The notes under the pieces were generated by a model, which worked only from the letters and a program-made list of their open reading frames with translations, searched no databases and was not told the origin of the DNA. Shown one piece after another: positions 31,961 to 43,225 of a stretch of 64,000 nt of DNA. This DNA is from an uncultured Acidobacteriota bacterium. Lineage in GTDB: Bacteria > Acidobacteriota > Blastocatellia > RBC074. Location: positions 704,001 through 768,000 of the forward strand of contig CAWCKY010000003.1 in NCBI GenBank assembly GCA_963796275.1, written 5' to 3'. Positions within the stretch are counted from its first letter, which is position 1. Every line of letters begins with the position of its first letter. Made by a program: the position numbers and the translations under genes.

Positions 31961-33322
31961 TTATTTGCTCGTCACTGTTACGCCTTCCTTGATCTTTTCG
32001 AGGTCGGAGACTATCAAGGTCTCGCCCGCGGCCAGGCCGTCCGTCACTACGACATTCGTATCGTTTCCTGTCCCGAGCTTCACCTCACGCGCGACGGCCT
32101 TGTTATCTCTGACAACGTATACGGTCTGTTTCCCGCCACTCTCGGTCACGGCGCGGCGCGGGATGATGAGTTTGGTAGGGGCGACCGCTTCGAACCTGAC
32201 GGCTTCCTTGAGGAAGGTCGCTTTCGCATTCATTTCGGGGCGCAGGTAGCTGTCGGGATCGAGCACTTTCACTTTTACCTGAACGGTCGCTTTCTGACGG
32301 TTTGCTTCAGGCGCGATCTCTTCAAGGCGTCCTTCGTATCGGCGATCCGCGTATGCCTCCGGGACGATCACGGCGTGCTGTCCCATGCTCAACCGGGCGA
32401 AATCTGCCTGCGAGACATCGATTTCGACTTGCAGATCATTGAGGTCGGCCAGTGAGACGACTGATGATTTGGCGCCCCGGTCGCCGACGAACGAGGTCGT
32501 CACCATCTCGCCGCGTTCAACCAGCCGTTCGAGAATCGTGCCGTCGATCGGCGCGCGGATCTCCGTCGCTTCCAGCTGAGTCTTTGCGAATGCGAGCGCG
32601 GCTTCAGCGGTGTTGACGGCGGCACGCTGAGCCCTTATCTGCTCCTCGCGCGGTCCAATCTCCCAGAGGTCGAGCGATCTGCGCGCCGACTCTACCTGCG
32701 ACCTGACGACATCGTATCGCGCTTTGGCATCGTCGAGATTCTGCTGCGTTTGCACACCGTCACTTACCAGTCGTTCTATGCGTTCATAAGTAACTTTTGC
32801 ATTCTTCAGGTTCGCCTCGGCGAGCGCCAGGTCGGCTTTTCCGCGCGATATCTCTTCCGGGCGCGATCCGTTTTCGAGCTCACTCAATTTCGCCTGCGCT
32901 GACAACAGAAGCGCTTGAGCTTCGTTTACGCGCGCCGTGTATTCCTGATCTTCCAGCCGTACGAGCAACTGGGATTTTTTTACCCGGTCGCCCTTTTCCA
33001 CGCCGATCCAGGCCACTTTACCCATCACCTTCGATCCAAGCTGGATTTTGTGATGGGCTACGATGTAACCGGCTGCAGTCAGTACCGCCGCAGCTGAGTT
33101 TTCAGGCGCATCGGCTTGCGGCGTCACTCGTATGGTAGAGACTTCTATCGCGCGATTGCTGAATACCGTCGCGGCGAATATCCCGCCTCCGATCAAAATT
33201 GCCGCGGCCATTATCAATATCCAGGGCCGGCGCCGCCTGGGCGCAGTGCTCATACTTTTCATAGCGGGATCGATCCGCAAGTTTTTGAGTTCGTCAGCGG
33301 CAGATTCCGATATCTTTGGCAT
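31961..33322 (-). CDS. Efflux periplasmic adaptor (MacA/HlyD family)
   Basis: TM anchor, [10 protein letters not shown], coiled coil, IRAPIDG, LRPEM. Confidence 0.92.
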   Translation of the reverse strand: MPKISESAADELKNLRIDPAMKSMSTAPRRRRPWILIMAAAILIGGGIFAATVFSNRAIEVSTIRVTPQADAPENSAAAVLTAAGYIVAHHKIQLGSKVMGKVAWIGVEKGDRVKKSQLLVRLEDQEYTARVNEAQALLLSAQAKLSELENGSRPEEISRGKADLALAEANLKNAKVTYERIERLVSDGVQTQQNLDDAKARYDVVRSQVESARRSLDLWEIGPREEQIRAQRAAVNTAEAALAFAKTQLEATEIRAPIDGTILERLVERGEMVTTSFVGDRGAKSSVVSLADLNDLQVEIDVSQADFARLSMGQHAVIVPEAYADRRYEGRLEEIAPEANRQKATVQVKVKVLDPDSYLRPEMNAKATFLKEAVRFEAVAPTKLIIPRRAVTESGGKQTVYVVRDNKAVAREVKLGTGNDTNVVVTDGLAAGETLIVSDLEKIKEGVTVTSK

Positions 33323-33456
33323 AAATATCACCTTATGTTTATAAGACAGGAGTCAGAATTGCAGAGCAAAACGAACATAAGTAGCTAATAACGACGCTTC
33401 TCCCGTTAACAGAAGTAAGGAGACGCGATTTTATAACTCTTGACGTCCCTCTCTTC

Positions 33457-34621
33457 TTAATGTGCCCGCAGCGCCGTCACGATTTGTTCGCGCGCCGCCT
33501 TGAGAGCCGGAAGCGAACCGCCAACCAGGCCTATCAGTGCAGAGAAGATCAGAGCCGAGGTGATCAGTTCGCGGGAGACCCGGAACTGAAAGGCGATTTC
33601 GCTGAACGTGCTGAAATTGGTTGTGCCCGTTGCCAGACCGTTGATCGGCAATGCGACCAGGGAACCGACGATGCCTCCCAATAAGCGAGAGCGCCACCGA
33701 TTCGATCGCAAACGAAAGCCAGATATTGAAGCGCGAAAAACCGAGAACGCGCAGCGTACCTATCTCCCGGGTTCGATTGGCAACCGAAGTATACATCGCA
33801 TTCATGGCTGCGAAGGCCGCTCCCACTGCCATCAATACCGCGATGAACATTCCGAGCACCTGAACCGGAACGGCGGAACTGGTCTGCTTGCCATAATAGT
33901 CGGTCTCGCTCATAGCATCGAGCCGCAAATTGCGGTCATCTTTAATACGCTTCGTCAATGCTTCGAGTGATTCGACATCGGTCGTTCGCGCGAGTATCGA
34001 TGAATAGACGGTGCGGTTGTAATCGTTCATCAATTGATTGACATCGCACCAGATTTCGGAATCGAAGGCAGTGCCCCCGGCAGTGAAAATTCCGACGACG
34101 TGCCATTCGCTTCTTCCGAAACGCAGCCGTTCACCGATCTGCGTGTGGGCGAACCGGCGCGCCGTCGCCAAGCTCACCACGACTTCCCGCGAACCGGGCC
34201 GAAACCATCGGCCCTCGGTTATCTGCACCTGCGGACGCAACTGCAGGCCTATCTCGGATATCCCGCGAATAATGACGTTAGATCCAGCGGGGTTATCCAG
34301 GCGCGGCAGGTTGATGAGGACGATGGTCTCCGCCGAGGCGACCGGCACTCCATCGCCGTTGCGTGCGATTCCCTCGAGATACTTGATATTCTGGAAATTG
34401 GCTGGCGATACCGAGCTGTTCGTCTCGGTGTCGGAATTCTGACGCAGAACGATCAGGTTGCGGCTGCTGCCCGTGGAGATGAATGCTGCTTTCAATCCAT
34501 TAGCGAGCGCCATCATCGTCAGAAAAACGGCAACCGTCAACGCTATGCTGCCGGCCGTGAATAACGTGCTCGTCTTTCGCACGAAGAGATTCCTGATGTT
34601 ATATTTCAGTGGAATTCTCAT
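33457..34621 (-). pseudogene. ABC permease (FtsX/MacB family), +1 frameshift near 33678
   Basis: MRIPLKYNIRNL...RTREIGTLRVLGF...SLIG in one frame, continuing GGIVGSL...IVTALRAH in another; may be a sequencing error. Confidence 0.8.
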
Positions 34622-34631
34622 TACATCTCTG

Positions 34632-34750
34632 CAACCACCAACCACCAACCACCAACCACCAACCACCAACGATCAACCATCAACGATCAACCATCCACGA
34701 TCAACCTATCGAACTATCAACTATCAACTATCAACTATCAACCATCAATT
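34632..34750. repeat. Heptamer tandem array of about 17 units drifting CAACCAC > CAACGAT/CAACCAT > CAACTAT
   Basis: Direct reading; lies between the two permease genes. Confidence 0.92.
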
Positions 34751-34779
34751 AACACCTATCTACGCCTCGCTCGTTTCAT

Positions 34780-35925
34780 TCATACATTTCTCAGGGCAGT
34801 CGCAATTGTCATCTTCGCGGCGCGATAGGCCGGGACGATCGTGCTGGCGAATGCTATCAACATCGCCACGCCCAAACCTATCAATAGAGTCCTGGGCGTG
34901 ACCTCGAGTCGTTCAATGAAGAAAAGACTGACCTTCGAATAATCGAGATTGGAGTAAAGCATGCGCGCACCGACCGAGCCGAGCAACCACGCGATCAGGC
35001 CAAGTAACAGCGATTCCGATATCAATAGCCCCAGGATCAGCCGGTTGCGGAATCCCATAGTTTTGAGCACCGCGATTTCAGTCGTCCGTTCTCTGATCGA
35101 CATACCCATGGAATTGGCGACAACCAGCAGGATCGTAAAAACGATTACCGAGGAGACGGAGATGATCAGCGTCTTTATGTTGCCGAGCATCGCTACGAAG
35201 CTCAGTTGAAAAGCGCGCTCAGTTTCGGTCTTTGTCTGTGCAAGCGAGTTGCGGAATTTCGCGTCGACCGCATCCATGATGCGCGGAACATCGTCGGCAG
35301 ACTTCGCCATAATGTAGAACGTACCGATGGAGTCCGCGCGCCCCTGTGATTTGAGGTTTTCGTTGAGATATTCCTGATTGAAAAAGAGAACGCTGGGGTC
35401 TTCCCCATCGTAGATCGCTCGGATGGTCAATTGCAGATCGGCGGGAAAGATACGCCCCTGGAGTGTGATTCTATCTCCGAGCTTCCAGCCGTAGCGATCG
35501 ATCAGTTTTCTCCCGACCAGACAGCCCGTTCGATCTCTTACGAAATCTCCGAGCCGGATGGGTTCGACCTTGAGTTCCGGAAATATCCGAGCGAACTTGT
35601 GGGGCTCACAGCCGAATTGAGCGAAGAAATTGCGCTCGTCGACGTAAACGCCTCCGAACCATTGCATCTGCATCGTGGCAGCGACGCCGGGAATCTGATC
35701 CAGTTGTTGTTGATATGCGATGGGTAGAGGGTTTGCCAGCGAGATCGCATTGCGCGTCACCAGTCTGAGCGCGGCTTCCTGAGCGGTGGGCGTCCGCTCG
35801 AGCTCCGTCACTACCGTTAACAGTGTGGTCATCAAAAAAAGCGAGAGCGCGATGCTGAGCACAGTGAGAGACGAGCGCCGTTTGTTGCGCAATGCATTGA
35901 TCCATATGAGGCGAAGAAACTTCAT
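34780..35925 (-). CDS. ABC permease (FtsX/MacB family)
   Basis: NALRNKRRS, WFGG, RERTTEIAVLKTMGF, PAYRAA. Confidence 0.92.
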   Translation of the reverse strand: MKFLRLIWINALRNKRRSSLTVLSIALSLFLMTTLLTVVTELERTPTAQEAALRLVTRNAISLANPLPIAYQQQLDQIPGVAATMQMQWFGGVYVDERNFFAQFGCEPHKFARIFPELKVEPIRLGDFVRDRTGCLVGRKLIDRYGWKLGDRITLQGRIFPADLQLTIRAIYDGEDPSVLFFNQEYLNENLKSQGRADSIGTFYIMAKSADDVPRIMDAVDAKFRNSLAQTKTETERAFQLSFVAMLGNIKTLIISVSSVIVFTILLVVANSMGMSIRERTTEIAVLKTMGFRNRLILGLLISESLLLGLIAWLLGSVGARMLYSNLDYSKVSLFFIERLEVTPRTLLIGLGVAMLIAFASTIVPAYRAAKMTIATALRNV

Positions 35926-36140
35926 AAATTTTGTTTACGCCCGTGTTGCCGGGCGTGTTCGAGGTATTTCAGAAGAATCAAAAAGGCGTAACGCGAGATC
36001 GAAAGCGCAAATCTCCGCTCATACACGCTGTCTTCTGTTTCCATCAACTAATTCAAAAATCCATTGTAATTGAAGGGTAGCGTGTAAATAGGATACACTT
36101 CGCCCTATTCATAATATAATTTGTTTTTTGGCACCTGCCA

Positions 36141-36167
36141 ATTTGCCCCATTTGCCCCATTTGCCCC
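36141..36167. repeat. Nonamer repeat (ATTTGCCCC)3
   Basis: Direct reading. Confidence 0.85.
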
Positions 36168-36182
36168 ATTTTGCTTTATATT

Positions 36183-37190
36183 TCAGCCGCAAGTAAGCAC
36201 CGCCGCCCCACGCACCGCATCGTGTTTCAAGGCATTCAACGCCGCATTCGCTTCGACCAGGTCGTAATTCTGTGTTTGAGTCTTAATGGGGATCTCCGCA
36301 GCAACGCGCAGGAAATCCAAACCGTCCTGCCGGGTATTATTGGCGACGCTGCGGACAGTTCGCTCGTGGTAGAGAAGCTGATAGTCGATCGGCGGGATCT
36401 GGCTCATATGGATGCCTCCGAGCGCGATCGTTCCGCCTTTCTGCAACACTTTCAACGCCGAGATAACCAGCTCGCCCGCGGGCGCAAAGATGATGATACT
36501 ATCCATTTTATGCTGTGGTTGATCGTCGCTTCCGCCCGCCCAGATAGCGCCCAAATCCGCAGCGAGCCGCTGATGCCGTTCATCCCGGGTGAAGGCGTAA
36601 ACTTCAACGCCCCAGTGGAGCGCCACCTGGATCGCGACGTGAGCCGCTGCGCCGAAGCCATATAGCCCGAGCCGTTTGCCCGGACTCTCTCCGGCGATCC
36701 CGGCAAGCCGCAGCGAGCGAAAGCCGATGATGCCGGCGCACAGAAGAGGCGCGGCTTCGATATCGCTGAAGGCATCCGGAATCGGATAGACGAAATCCGC
36801 TGGAGCGACGATGTATTCAGCATAACCGCCGTTGACGAGCCATCCGGTGAAAAGCGCGTTTTCACAAAGATTCTCTTTGCCATTACGGCAGAATTCGCAG
36901 ACCCCACAAGTCTGGTGTAGCCAGGGGATGCCGACTCTATCGCCCGGCTTGAATCGCGCAACGCGTTCGCCGACCCGCTCGATGTAGCCGATGACTTGAT
37001 GGCCGGGAATGATGGGCAGGACTTGCCGGGGCAGTTCCCCTTCGATGACGTGCAGGTCGGTGCGGCAGACGGCGCAGGCTTTAACCTTCACCAACACCTG
37101 ATTCTCGCGCGGTTCCGGCGTGGGTACCTCGGCGAGTTCGAGCGGGTTGGTTTCGATTGGCGAATTGGAACGAAGAAGACAAGCTTTCAT
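36183..37190 (-). CDS. Zinc-binding alcohol dehydrogenase family protein
   Basis: [35 protein letters not shown]. Confidence 0.92.
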   Translation of the reverse strand: MKACLLRSNSPIETNPLELAEVPTPEPRENQVLVKVKACAVCRTDLHVIEGELPRQVLPIIPGHQVIGYIERVGERVARFKPGDRVGIPWLHQTCGVCEFCRNGKENLCENALFTGWLVNGGYAEYIVAPADFVYPIPDAFSDIEAAPLLCAGIIGFRSLRLAGIAGESPGKRLGLYGFGAAAHVAIQVALHWGVEVYAFTRDERHQRLAADLGAIWAGGSDDQPQHKMDSIIIFAPAGELVISALKVLQKGGTIALGGIHMSQIPPIDYQLLYHERTVRSVANNTRQDGLDFLRVAAEIPIKTQTQNYDLVEANAALNALKHDAVRGAAVLTCG

Positions 37191-37353
37191 AATCGAACCC
37201 GGCAGAGAGGCTATTGAGTTGAATGGAGAAGGAGCTAAAATAAGCGAAATAAGTGGAATTTTTCAACCGTTGTGTGGCTCGATCAATTCAAATAGGTTTA
37301 CCACTCATAATAAGAATGAGGATATGCAAAGCCTGTTAGGAGTGCAGTTGTAA

Positions 37354-37564
37354 GCGGGTACCCCATAGCTGATTTTTGAAACCGGTGAAAACAAAGTCGT
37401 TGGCGAATTGCCGCCAAATAGGATCGCTGGATCAGTACCGCGAGCGGTAGCGAGCGGCGCCTCAATATAAAGTGCGCTCGCTACCGCTCGCGGTACTGAC
37501 TTCGCTTCAGCCTCTGAAGGTCTGTTAAATACAAAATTTCAAAAATCCTGTCGGGAGTACCTGC
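37354..37564. mobile_element. MITE-like element with nested perfect REP hairpin
   Basis: Outer imperfect IRs GCGGGTACCCCATAGCTGATTTTTGAAA / TTTCAAAAATCCTGTCGGGAGTACCTGC; inner perfect 25-bp IR at 37432-37456 / 37475-37499. Confidence 0.65.
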
Positions 37565-37582
37565 AAACGAGTGCTGGCGAAT

Positions 37583-39803
37583 TCATTTTGAACGCCGAAC
37601 TTTCGCCCCCTTTTTTCTTTTCACCGGTTTTCCCGACCGCTTCGTTTTATTGCCTCCCCTCTCGACCACCGAAAAATCTACCAGATGCCGATCCACATTC
37701 ACCCTATCCACCCTCACTTTTACGCGGTCACCCAGTCGAAATTTACGTTTCCCTCTCTGCCCGGTCAACGTATGTACCCCTTCATCGAAAAAGTAACGGT
37801 CATCGGTCAAACTCGACACGGCCACCAACCCATCGATGAAGAAATCGTCCAGCTCGACAAAAAAACCGAAGTCTCTCACGTTGATGATCATCCCGTCGAA
37901 CTCCTCTCCCAGGTGTCGCGGCCATAAAGACGGCTTTTCGCCATTCGTCAACTTCCTTCTCGGCGGCGTCGGCGGCTCGTTCGCGCTCGCTCGACTCTTC
38001 GGCTAACAACTTGAGCTCGCCGAGCGGGAGCGGATGTTGCTTCGGGCGTTTCATCAACTCACGCAATATGCGATGGACGATCAGATCGGGATAACGGCGG
38101 ATCGGCGAGGTGAAATGCGTATAGATCGGCGCGGCCAGTCCGAAATGGACGGCATTGTTCGCCGAATATTTCGCGCGCTGCAACGAACGCAGCATCGCAT
38201 AAGACAGCACCCGCTCTTCCGGTTTCCCTTCGAGCTGTTTTGACAACCGCTGGTAATCCTTTGAACTCACACCGTCGACCGGAAAGCGATATCCGTACGC
38301 GCTCGCCAGCTCGGCGAATTCGATGACGCGCTGCGGCTGCGGTTCTTCGTGAATCCGGTAGAGCGAGGGCACGTTCAATCGCGACAGGTGGCTCGCGACC
38401 GTCTCGTTCGCCAGGAGCATGAATTCCTCGATGATGCGGTGCGCGATATTGCGTTCGGCTTTGAGCACGCCTTCGATTCGCCCCTCGTCGTCAAATTCAA
38501 AGACCGATTCGGGCAGGTTGAAGTCGATGGCGCCGCGCTGCTGGCGCCTCTTGATCAGAATCTGCGCCAACTTTTCCATCGTCTTGAAGAGATCGATTAA
38601 ATCGGAGTAGCGCATGGCCAGTTGCGGATCGGCGTGCGTGAGGAGCTTGTTGACGTTGGTATAAGTCATCCGCTCATTGCTGCGTATGACGGCTTCGCGA
38701 ATCTGATATTTCACGACCCGGCCGCGGCCGTCCACCTCCATCAAGGCCGAGAGCGCTAACCGGTCAACCCGGGGATTGAGAGAACAGATGCCGCTTGAGA
38801 GTTTTTCAGGCAGCATCGGGATCGCACGTTCAGGGAAGTAGACCGATGTGCCGCGCAGAGCCGCCTCCTGATCGAGCGCTGTCCCCTGTCGCACGTAATA
38901 GCTAACGTCAGCGATGTGAACGCCGAGGTCGAAATTACCATTGGCGAGGCGGGTCAGACTGATCGCGTCGTCGAAATCGCGGGCCGTCTCGCCGTCTATC
39001 GTCACCGTCGGCACATCGCGCAAATCGAGTCTCCCCGAGATCTGATCTTTGGTTACCTGTGGCGAAATCGTTTTGATCTCTTTCGTTACTTCATCGGGAA
39101 AAATGTGGGGAAGATCGTGTTTATAAATGACGATTTGAATGTCCATTCCCGCAGCTTCGCTCGACGATCCGAGGCGTTCGACTATGCGACCGGCCGGATT
39201 GCTGCGACCCGCGGGATACCTGGTGATTTCAACCAGAACTATCCATCCTTCTTTCAGTCCCGCTCCATCTTTGCTTTCAATCTCGATATCGTAAGGAAAT
39301 TTTTCATCGAGAGATTCGACCCACGATTCGCGGAAACCATGCTGCAGCCGTCCGATGATCTTCAAACTACCGCGCCGCAGTATCATCTCGACCCTGGCTT
39401 CACGATCTTTGTCCGTCGAGGCGCGTAAGAGGCCGGCGACCACGCGATCGCCGTCAAACGCTCCGTTCAGGTCCTCAGACCCGACGCGGATTCTCCCCCG
39501 CGCGCGCTGCTGAGCTTCATCGGGAATGAAACTGATAATTTTTCGGCGCCGCTGCCTGATTGTGCCGATTAACGCGCGAGGCGTGCTCGACCAGCGGTAC
39601 TCCTGCCCGGAGCGGCGTAGCATGCCAGCGCTCTGCAGGCGGTTGAGAAATTCGGTGATGGTCTTTTGCCCCGAACGCCTCAACTCGAACATCTCGCCCA
39701 GGTCACGCGCCGATATGCCCTCCGGAGATTCGCGCAGTGCTTCGATCACAGCATCAATTTCGAAAGGTAAGGAGTTTTGATCGGTCTCTCTTCGCCGGCT
39801 CAT
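37583..39803 (-). CDS. rnr: Ribonuclease R, +1 frameshift near 37922 separating the S1 domain
   Basis: TIDGETARDFDDA, IEEFMLLAN, HFTSPIRRYPDL; S1 domain (HLGEEFDG..FGFFVEL..LGDRVKV) and basic tail in the next frame. Confidence 0.9.
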
Positions 39804-39995
39804 ATGAAGAGAATACGAAACAATCGATAATATCGAAATAGATGAAAAGTAAAAAACGTCTAAATCGTTCTTTTAATCATTATTTTCGTTTATTCGTATT
39901 TTCTCCGATATCCTTGTCAAGAATGGTCAATCCAATTTATAAATAAACTGTTTCCCGCTTTTCAGAATAACCGCAACAAAACTGAGGATGCGATT

Positions 39996-42900
39996 ATGTC
40001 TAAGATAATCAAACTCGCGTTTTGCCTTCTGGCAGTCTGTACTTCGGGCGCGATGCTGTTAGGAGAATCGTCAGCGCAGCAGCGGCCTGTCGATTTCCGG
40101 CGCGACATCGAGCCGATATTCCGCGCCAATTGTTACGGCTGTCATGGTGCGGATATGGCTTCGGGGCAATTGCGGCTCCACCTTAAGGGGGCGGCTATGA
40201 GAGGCGGCATCTCCGGCGCGGTGATCTTACCTGGAAAGAGCGGTGACAGCCGCTTATTGCGCCGGATTCTGGGTGAAGATGGTGAGACGCGCATGCCGAT
40301 GGGTGGCGATCCGCTGCAGCCCGTTCAGGTCGAGCTCATTCGCAAATGGATAGATGAAGGGGCGAAATGGCCGGATGAAGCGCAGGCGAGCGAGGGAGCG
40401 GAAGAGAAGGAGTTGCCCAAGCACTGGGCGTTTGTCAAACCTGTGCGCCCGGCCGCGCCGCCCGTAAAGAACAAGGCCTGGGGTCACAATCCGATCGACC
40501 TGTTCATCCTCGACGCCATAGAAAAGCGAGGTATCACGCCAGCGACAAAGGCTTCCAAAACAGCATTGATTCGCCGTTTGAGTCTGGACCTGACCGGATT
40601 ACCTCCCACGCTCAAGGAGATAGACGAATTTCTCACGGACACTTCGCCCGATGCCTATCAAAAGCTGGTCGAACGCCTGCTCGCTTCTCCGCACTACGGA
40701 GAACGCTGGGGGCGCTGGTGGCTGGATGCCGCGCGTTATGCCGATACGAATGGTTATGAGAAAGACCTGCCGCGATCGATCTGGCCGTACCGTGACTGGG
40801 TGATCGAGGCTTTCAATAACGATATGCCATTCGATCAATTCACGATCGAGCAGCTTGCGGGCGACTTATTGCCGGATGCGACGCTCGATCAGCGCATCGC
40901 CACTGGTTTCCTGCGCAACTCGATGCTCAACCAGGAGGGCGGGGTAGATCCTGAACAGTTCCGCGTGGAGGGACTGATAGATCGCGTAGATGCGGTCGGT
41001 AAAGCTTTTCTTGGTTTGACAATCAACTGCGCGCAGTGCCACACGCATAAATTCGATCCGATCACCCATAAGGAATATTACCGTTTCTATGCTTTTCTCA
41101 ACGGCGACGACGAGCCCGCGATAGATGTGCCCGACGATGACGTTATAAAGAAACGCCAAGGTATTTTGTCAAAAATCGAGAAGGTCGAAAGCGAGTTGAT
41201 GGCGAAGACTCCCGATCTGGCAAACCGGATGAGCGATTGGGAGCAGAAAGTGAGTTATGACGCAAACCAATGGACGGTTTTAACGGATGCGGACATATTT
41301 GCTTCGTTCGGTGTGAAGTTCGACAAGTTACCTGATGGCTCATTCATCGCCAAGGGAGACAATTCGACCGGCAACAATTACAAGGTCACGGCGCGCACCA
41401 AGCTGAAAAATATAACGGGATTCCGGCTGGAGCTTTTAACCGACCCCAACCTTCCTCGAGGCGGGCCCGGTCGTGCGAATGATGGAAACTTTCTCCTCAC
41501 CGATTTTTTAGTCGATGCCGCTCCCTCGGATAAGCCTGATAGTGCATCGAAAGTTGTGCTGAGCAGCGTGACAACGGATTTCGAAAGACCCGATTTCCCG
41601 GTTAAAAATGTCATCGACGGCGATTCCAAAACTCACTGGAACGGAGATGCCGGCCCGGGCTGGCGCAACGATGATCGCGAGATCGTCTTCGTTGTATCGG
41701 GAGCTCCCGGTTTCGATGGTGGAACGGTTCTGACATTCCAGGTCGCGCAGAAGTTCGATGAATCGATCGATCTGAGAGGTGGGAAGCCCAATATCGGGCG
41801 CTTCCGCATCTCGGCGACGACCGCGGCGAATCCTAAGGCCGACCCATTGCCGGCAAATGTGCGCCGGATTCTCGCTATTCCTGCCGAAAAACGGTCGCGA
41901 GAACAGCAACGCATAGTATTCGGTTTTTACCGCACGACCGTCCCCGCATGGGCGGAGGCGAACAAGAAGATCGATGGACTGATGAAAGAATGGCCATACG
42001 GCGCGACAACTCTGGCTCTGACTCAGCGCCAGTGGCCGCGCGAGACGCATATTTTCAGACGCGGCGATTGGAAGCGGCCGGATGAATCGGTTGACCCGGG
42101 AACCCCGGCAATTCTTCATCCGTTCCCGCAGGATGCCCCCCGCAACCGATTGGGGCTGGCCAAATGGATCGTAGATAAAAACAATCCGCTTACGGCGCGC
42201 GTGATCGTCAATCGCATCTGGCAGCAATATTTCGGTGTGGGATTGGTCACCACACCGGAGGATTTCGGAGCGCGTTGCGAACGGCCATCAAATCCCGCGT
42301 TATTGGATTGGCTGGCGGCGGAGTTTATGAGTCCGACCGTGAATGGGGAAGGCGAGGAGATCGGGCAACAGAGCGCCGTCCCCAATTGGAGCGTCAAACA
42401 CATTCACCGCTTGATCGTGAACTCTGCGGTTTACCGCCAGTCGTCGAAGGTGAGGTCGAAACTGTTCGAGGTCGATCCGACCAACATCCTGCTGGCGCGT
42501 GCGCCGCGTCTGCGGGTCGAATCCGAGATCGTGCGCGATATCGCTTTGACTGCGGGCGGCCTGTTGAGCGAAAAGATTGGCGGGCCGAGCGTTTATCCGC
42601 CGATTCCCGACGGTGTGTTGAATCTGGGTTATGGTTCTCCCATGCCCTGGCCGACCAGCGTGGGCGAGGAACGCTATCGCCGCGGAATGTATACATTCTG
42701 GAAGCGCTCCGTACCCTATCCGGCGTTGCTCGTCTTCGATCAACCAAACGGCGATTTCTCCTGCACGCGCCGCATCAGTTCGAATACCCCGCTGCAGGCA
42801 TTGACCACCCTCAACGATCAGATGTTCGTCGAGGCCGCACAGGCTCTCGCCCTGCGCGTAATCAAAGAAGGCGGTGCCACTAACCGGACCAGGGTGATCT

Positions 42901-43133
42901 ATGCCTTCAGGCTCTGCACCGGGCGCAAACCTGATGAAATTGAACTGCGGCATCTGCTGACGCTCCTGCGGAAAGAGCAGATCGTTTTCGCTGGACAGAC
43001 CGCGGCGGCCGTTTATGTCTCATCGTCGGATATGAATAATCTGCCCGAGAATGTCGATCTGCACAGAGTGGCTGCCTGGACGATGGTGGCGCGGGTGTTG
43101 TTGAATCTGGATGAAACAATTACGAGAGAATAG
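39996..43133 (+). CDS. Planctomycete cytochrome c / DUF1549 / DUF1553 (PSD1) protein
   Basis: Signal peptide, CYGCH and CAQCH heme motifs, [49 protein letters not shown]. Confidence 0.93.
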   Translation: MSKIIKLAFCLLAVCTSGAMLLGESSAQQRPVDFRRDIEPIFRANCYGCHGADMASGQLRLHLKGAAMRGGISGAVILPGKSGDSRLLRRILGEDGETRMPMGGDPLQPVQVELIRKWIDEGAKWPDEAQASEGAEEKELPKHWAFVKPVRPAAPPVKNKAWGHNPIDLFILDAIEKRGITPATKASKTALIRRLSLDLTGLPPTLKEIDEFLTDTSPDAYQKLVERLLASPHYGERWGRWWLDAARYADTNGYEKDLPRSIWPYRDWVIEAFNNDMPFDQFTIEQLAGDLLPDATLDQRIATGFLRNSMLNQEGGVDPEQFRVEGLIDRVDAVGKAFLGLTINCAQCHTHKFDPITHKEYYRFYAFLNGDDEPAIDVPDDDVIKKRQGILSKIEKVESELMAKTPDLANRMSDWEQKVSYDANQWTVLTDADIFASFGVKFDKLPDGSFIAKGDNSTGNNYKVTARTKLKNITGFRLELLTDPNLPRGGPGRANDGNFLLTDFLVDAAPSDKPDSASKVVLSSVTTDFERPDFPVKNVIDGDSKTHWNGDAGPGWRNDDREIVFVVSGAPGFDGGTVLTFQVAQKFDESIDLRGGKPNIGRFRISATTAANPKADPLPANVRRILAIPAEKRSREQQRIVFGFYRTTVPAWAEANKKIDGLMKEWPYGATTLALTQRQWPRETHIFRRGDWKRPDESVDPGTPAILHPFPQDAPRNRLGLAKWIVDKNNPLTARVIVNRIWQQYFGVGLVTTPEDFGARCERPSNPALLDWLAAEFMSPTVNGEGEEIGQQSAVPNWSVKHIHRLIVNSAVYRQSSKVRSKLFEVDPTNILLARAPRLRVESEIVRDIALTAGGLLSEKIGGPSVYPPIPDGVLNLGYGSPMPWPTSVGEERYRRGMYTFWKRSVPYPALLVFDQPNGDFSCTRRISSNTPLQALTTLNDQMFVEAAQALALRVIKEGGATNRTRVIYAFRLCTGRKPDEIELRHLLTLLRKEQIVFAGQTAAAVYVSSSDMNNLPENVDLHRVAAWTMVARVLLNLDETITRE

Positions 43134-43225
43134 AATTGAAACCTTGATGAAGAATACCAAACAAAATCCACCAACCCGCCTTATGCAAATTTTGTTGTGA
43201 ATGTCTTCTTATCGGAGAGGAACCT

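Noticed and set aside
34622-34669. N-terminal extension MVVGGWWLVVGG of the permease ORF
   Set aside because: It is a translation of the heptamer array; family-like sequence starts at ATG 34621
34632-34750. Possible CRISPR array
   Set aside because: The unit is 7 nt with no unique spacers, and no cas genes are present
36128-36146. Sigma54 promoter TGGCAC...TTGC
   Set aside because: Spacing is wrong (8 nt instead of 5) and it faces no gene start
37905-37935. Programmed frameshifting in rnr
   Set aside because: No slippery heptamer or evident stimulator; an indel error is simpler
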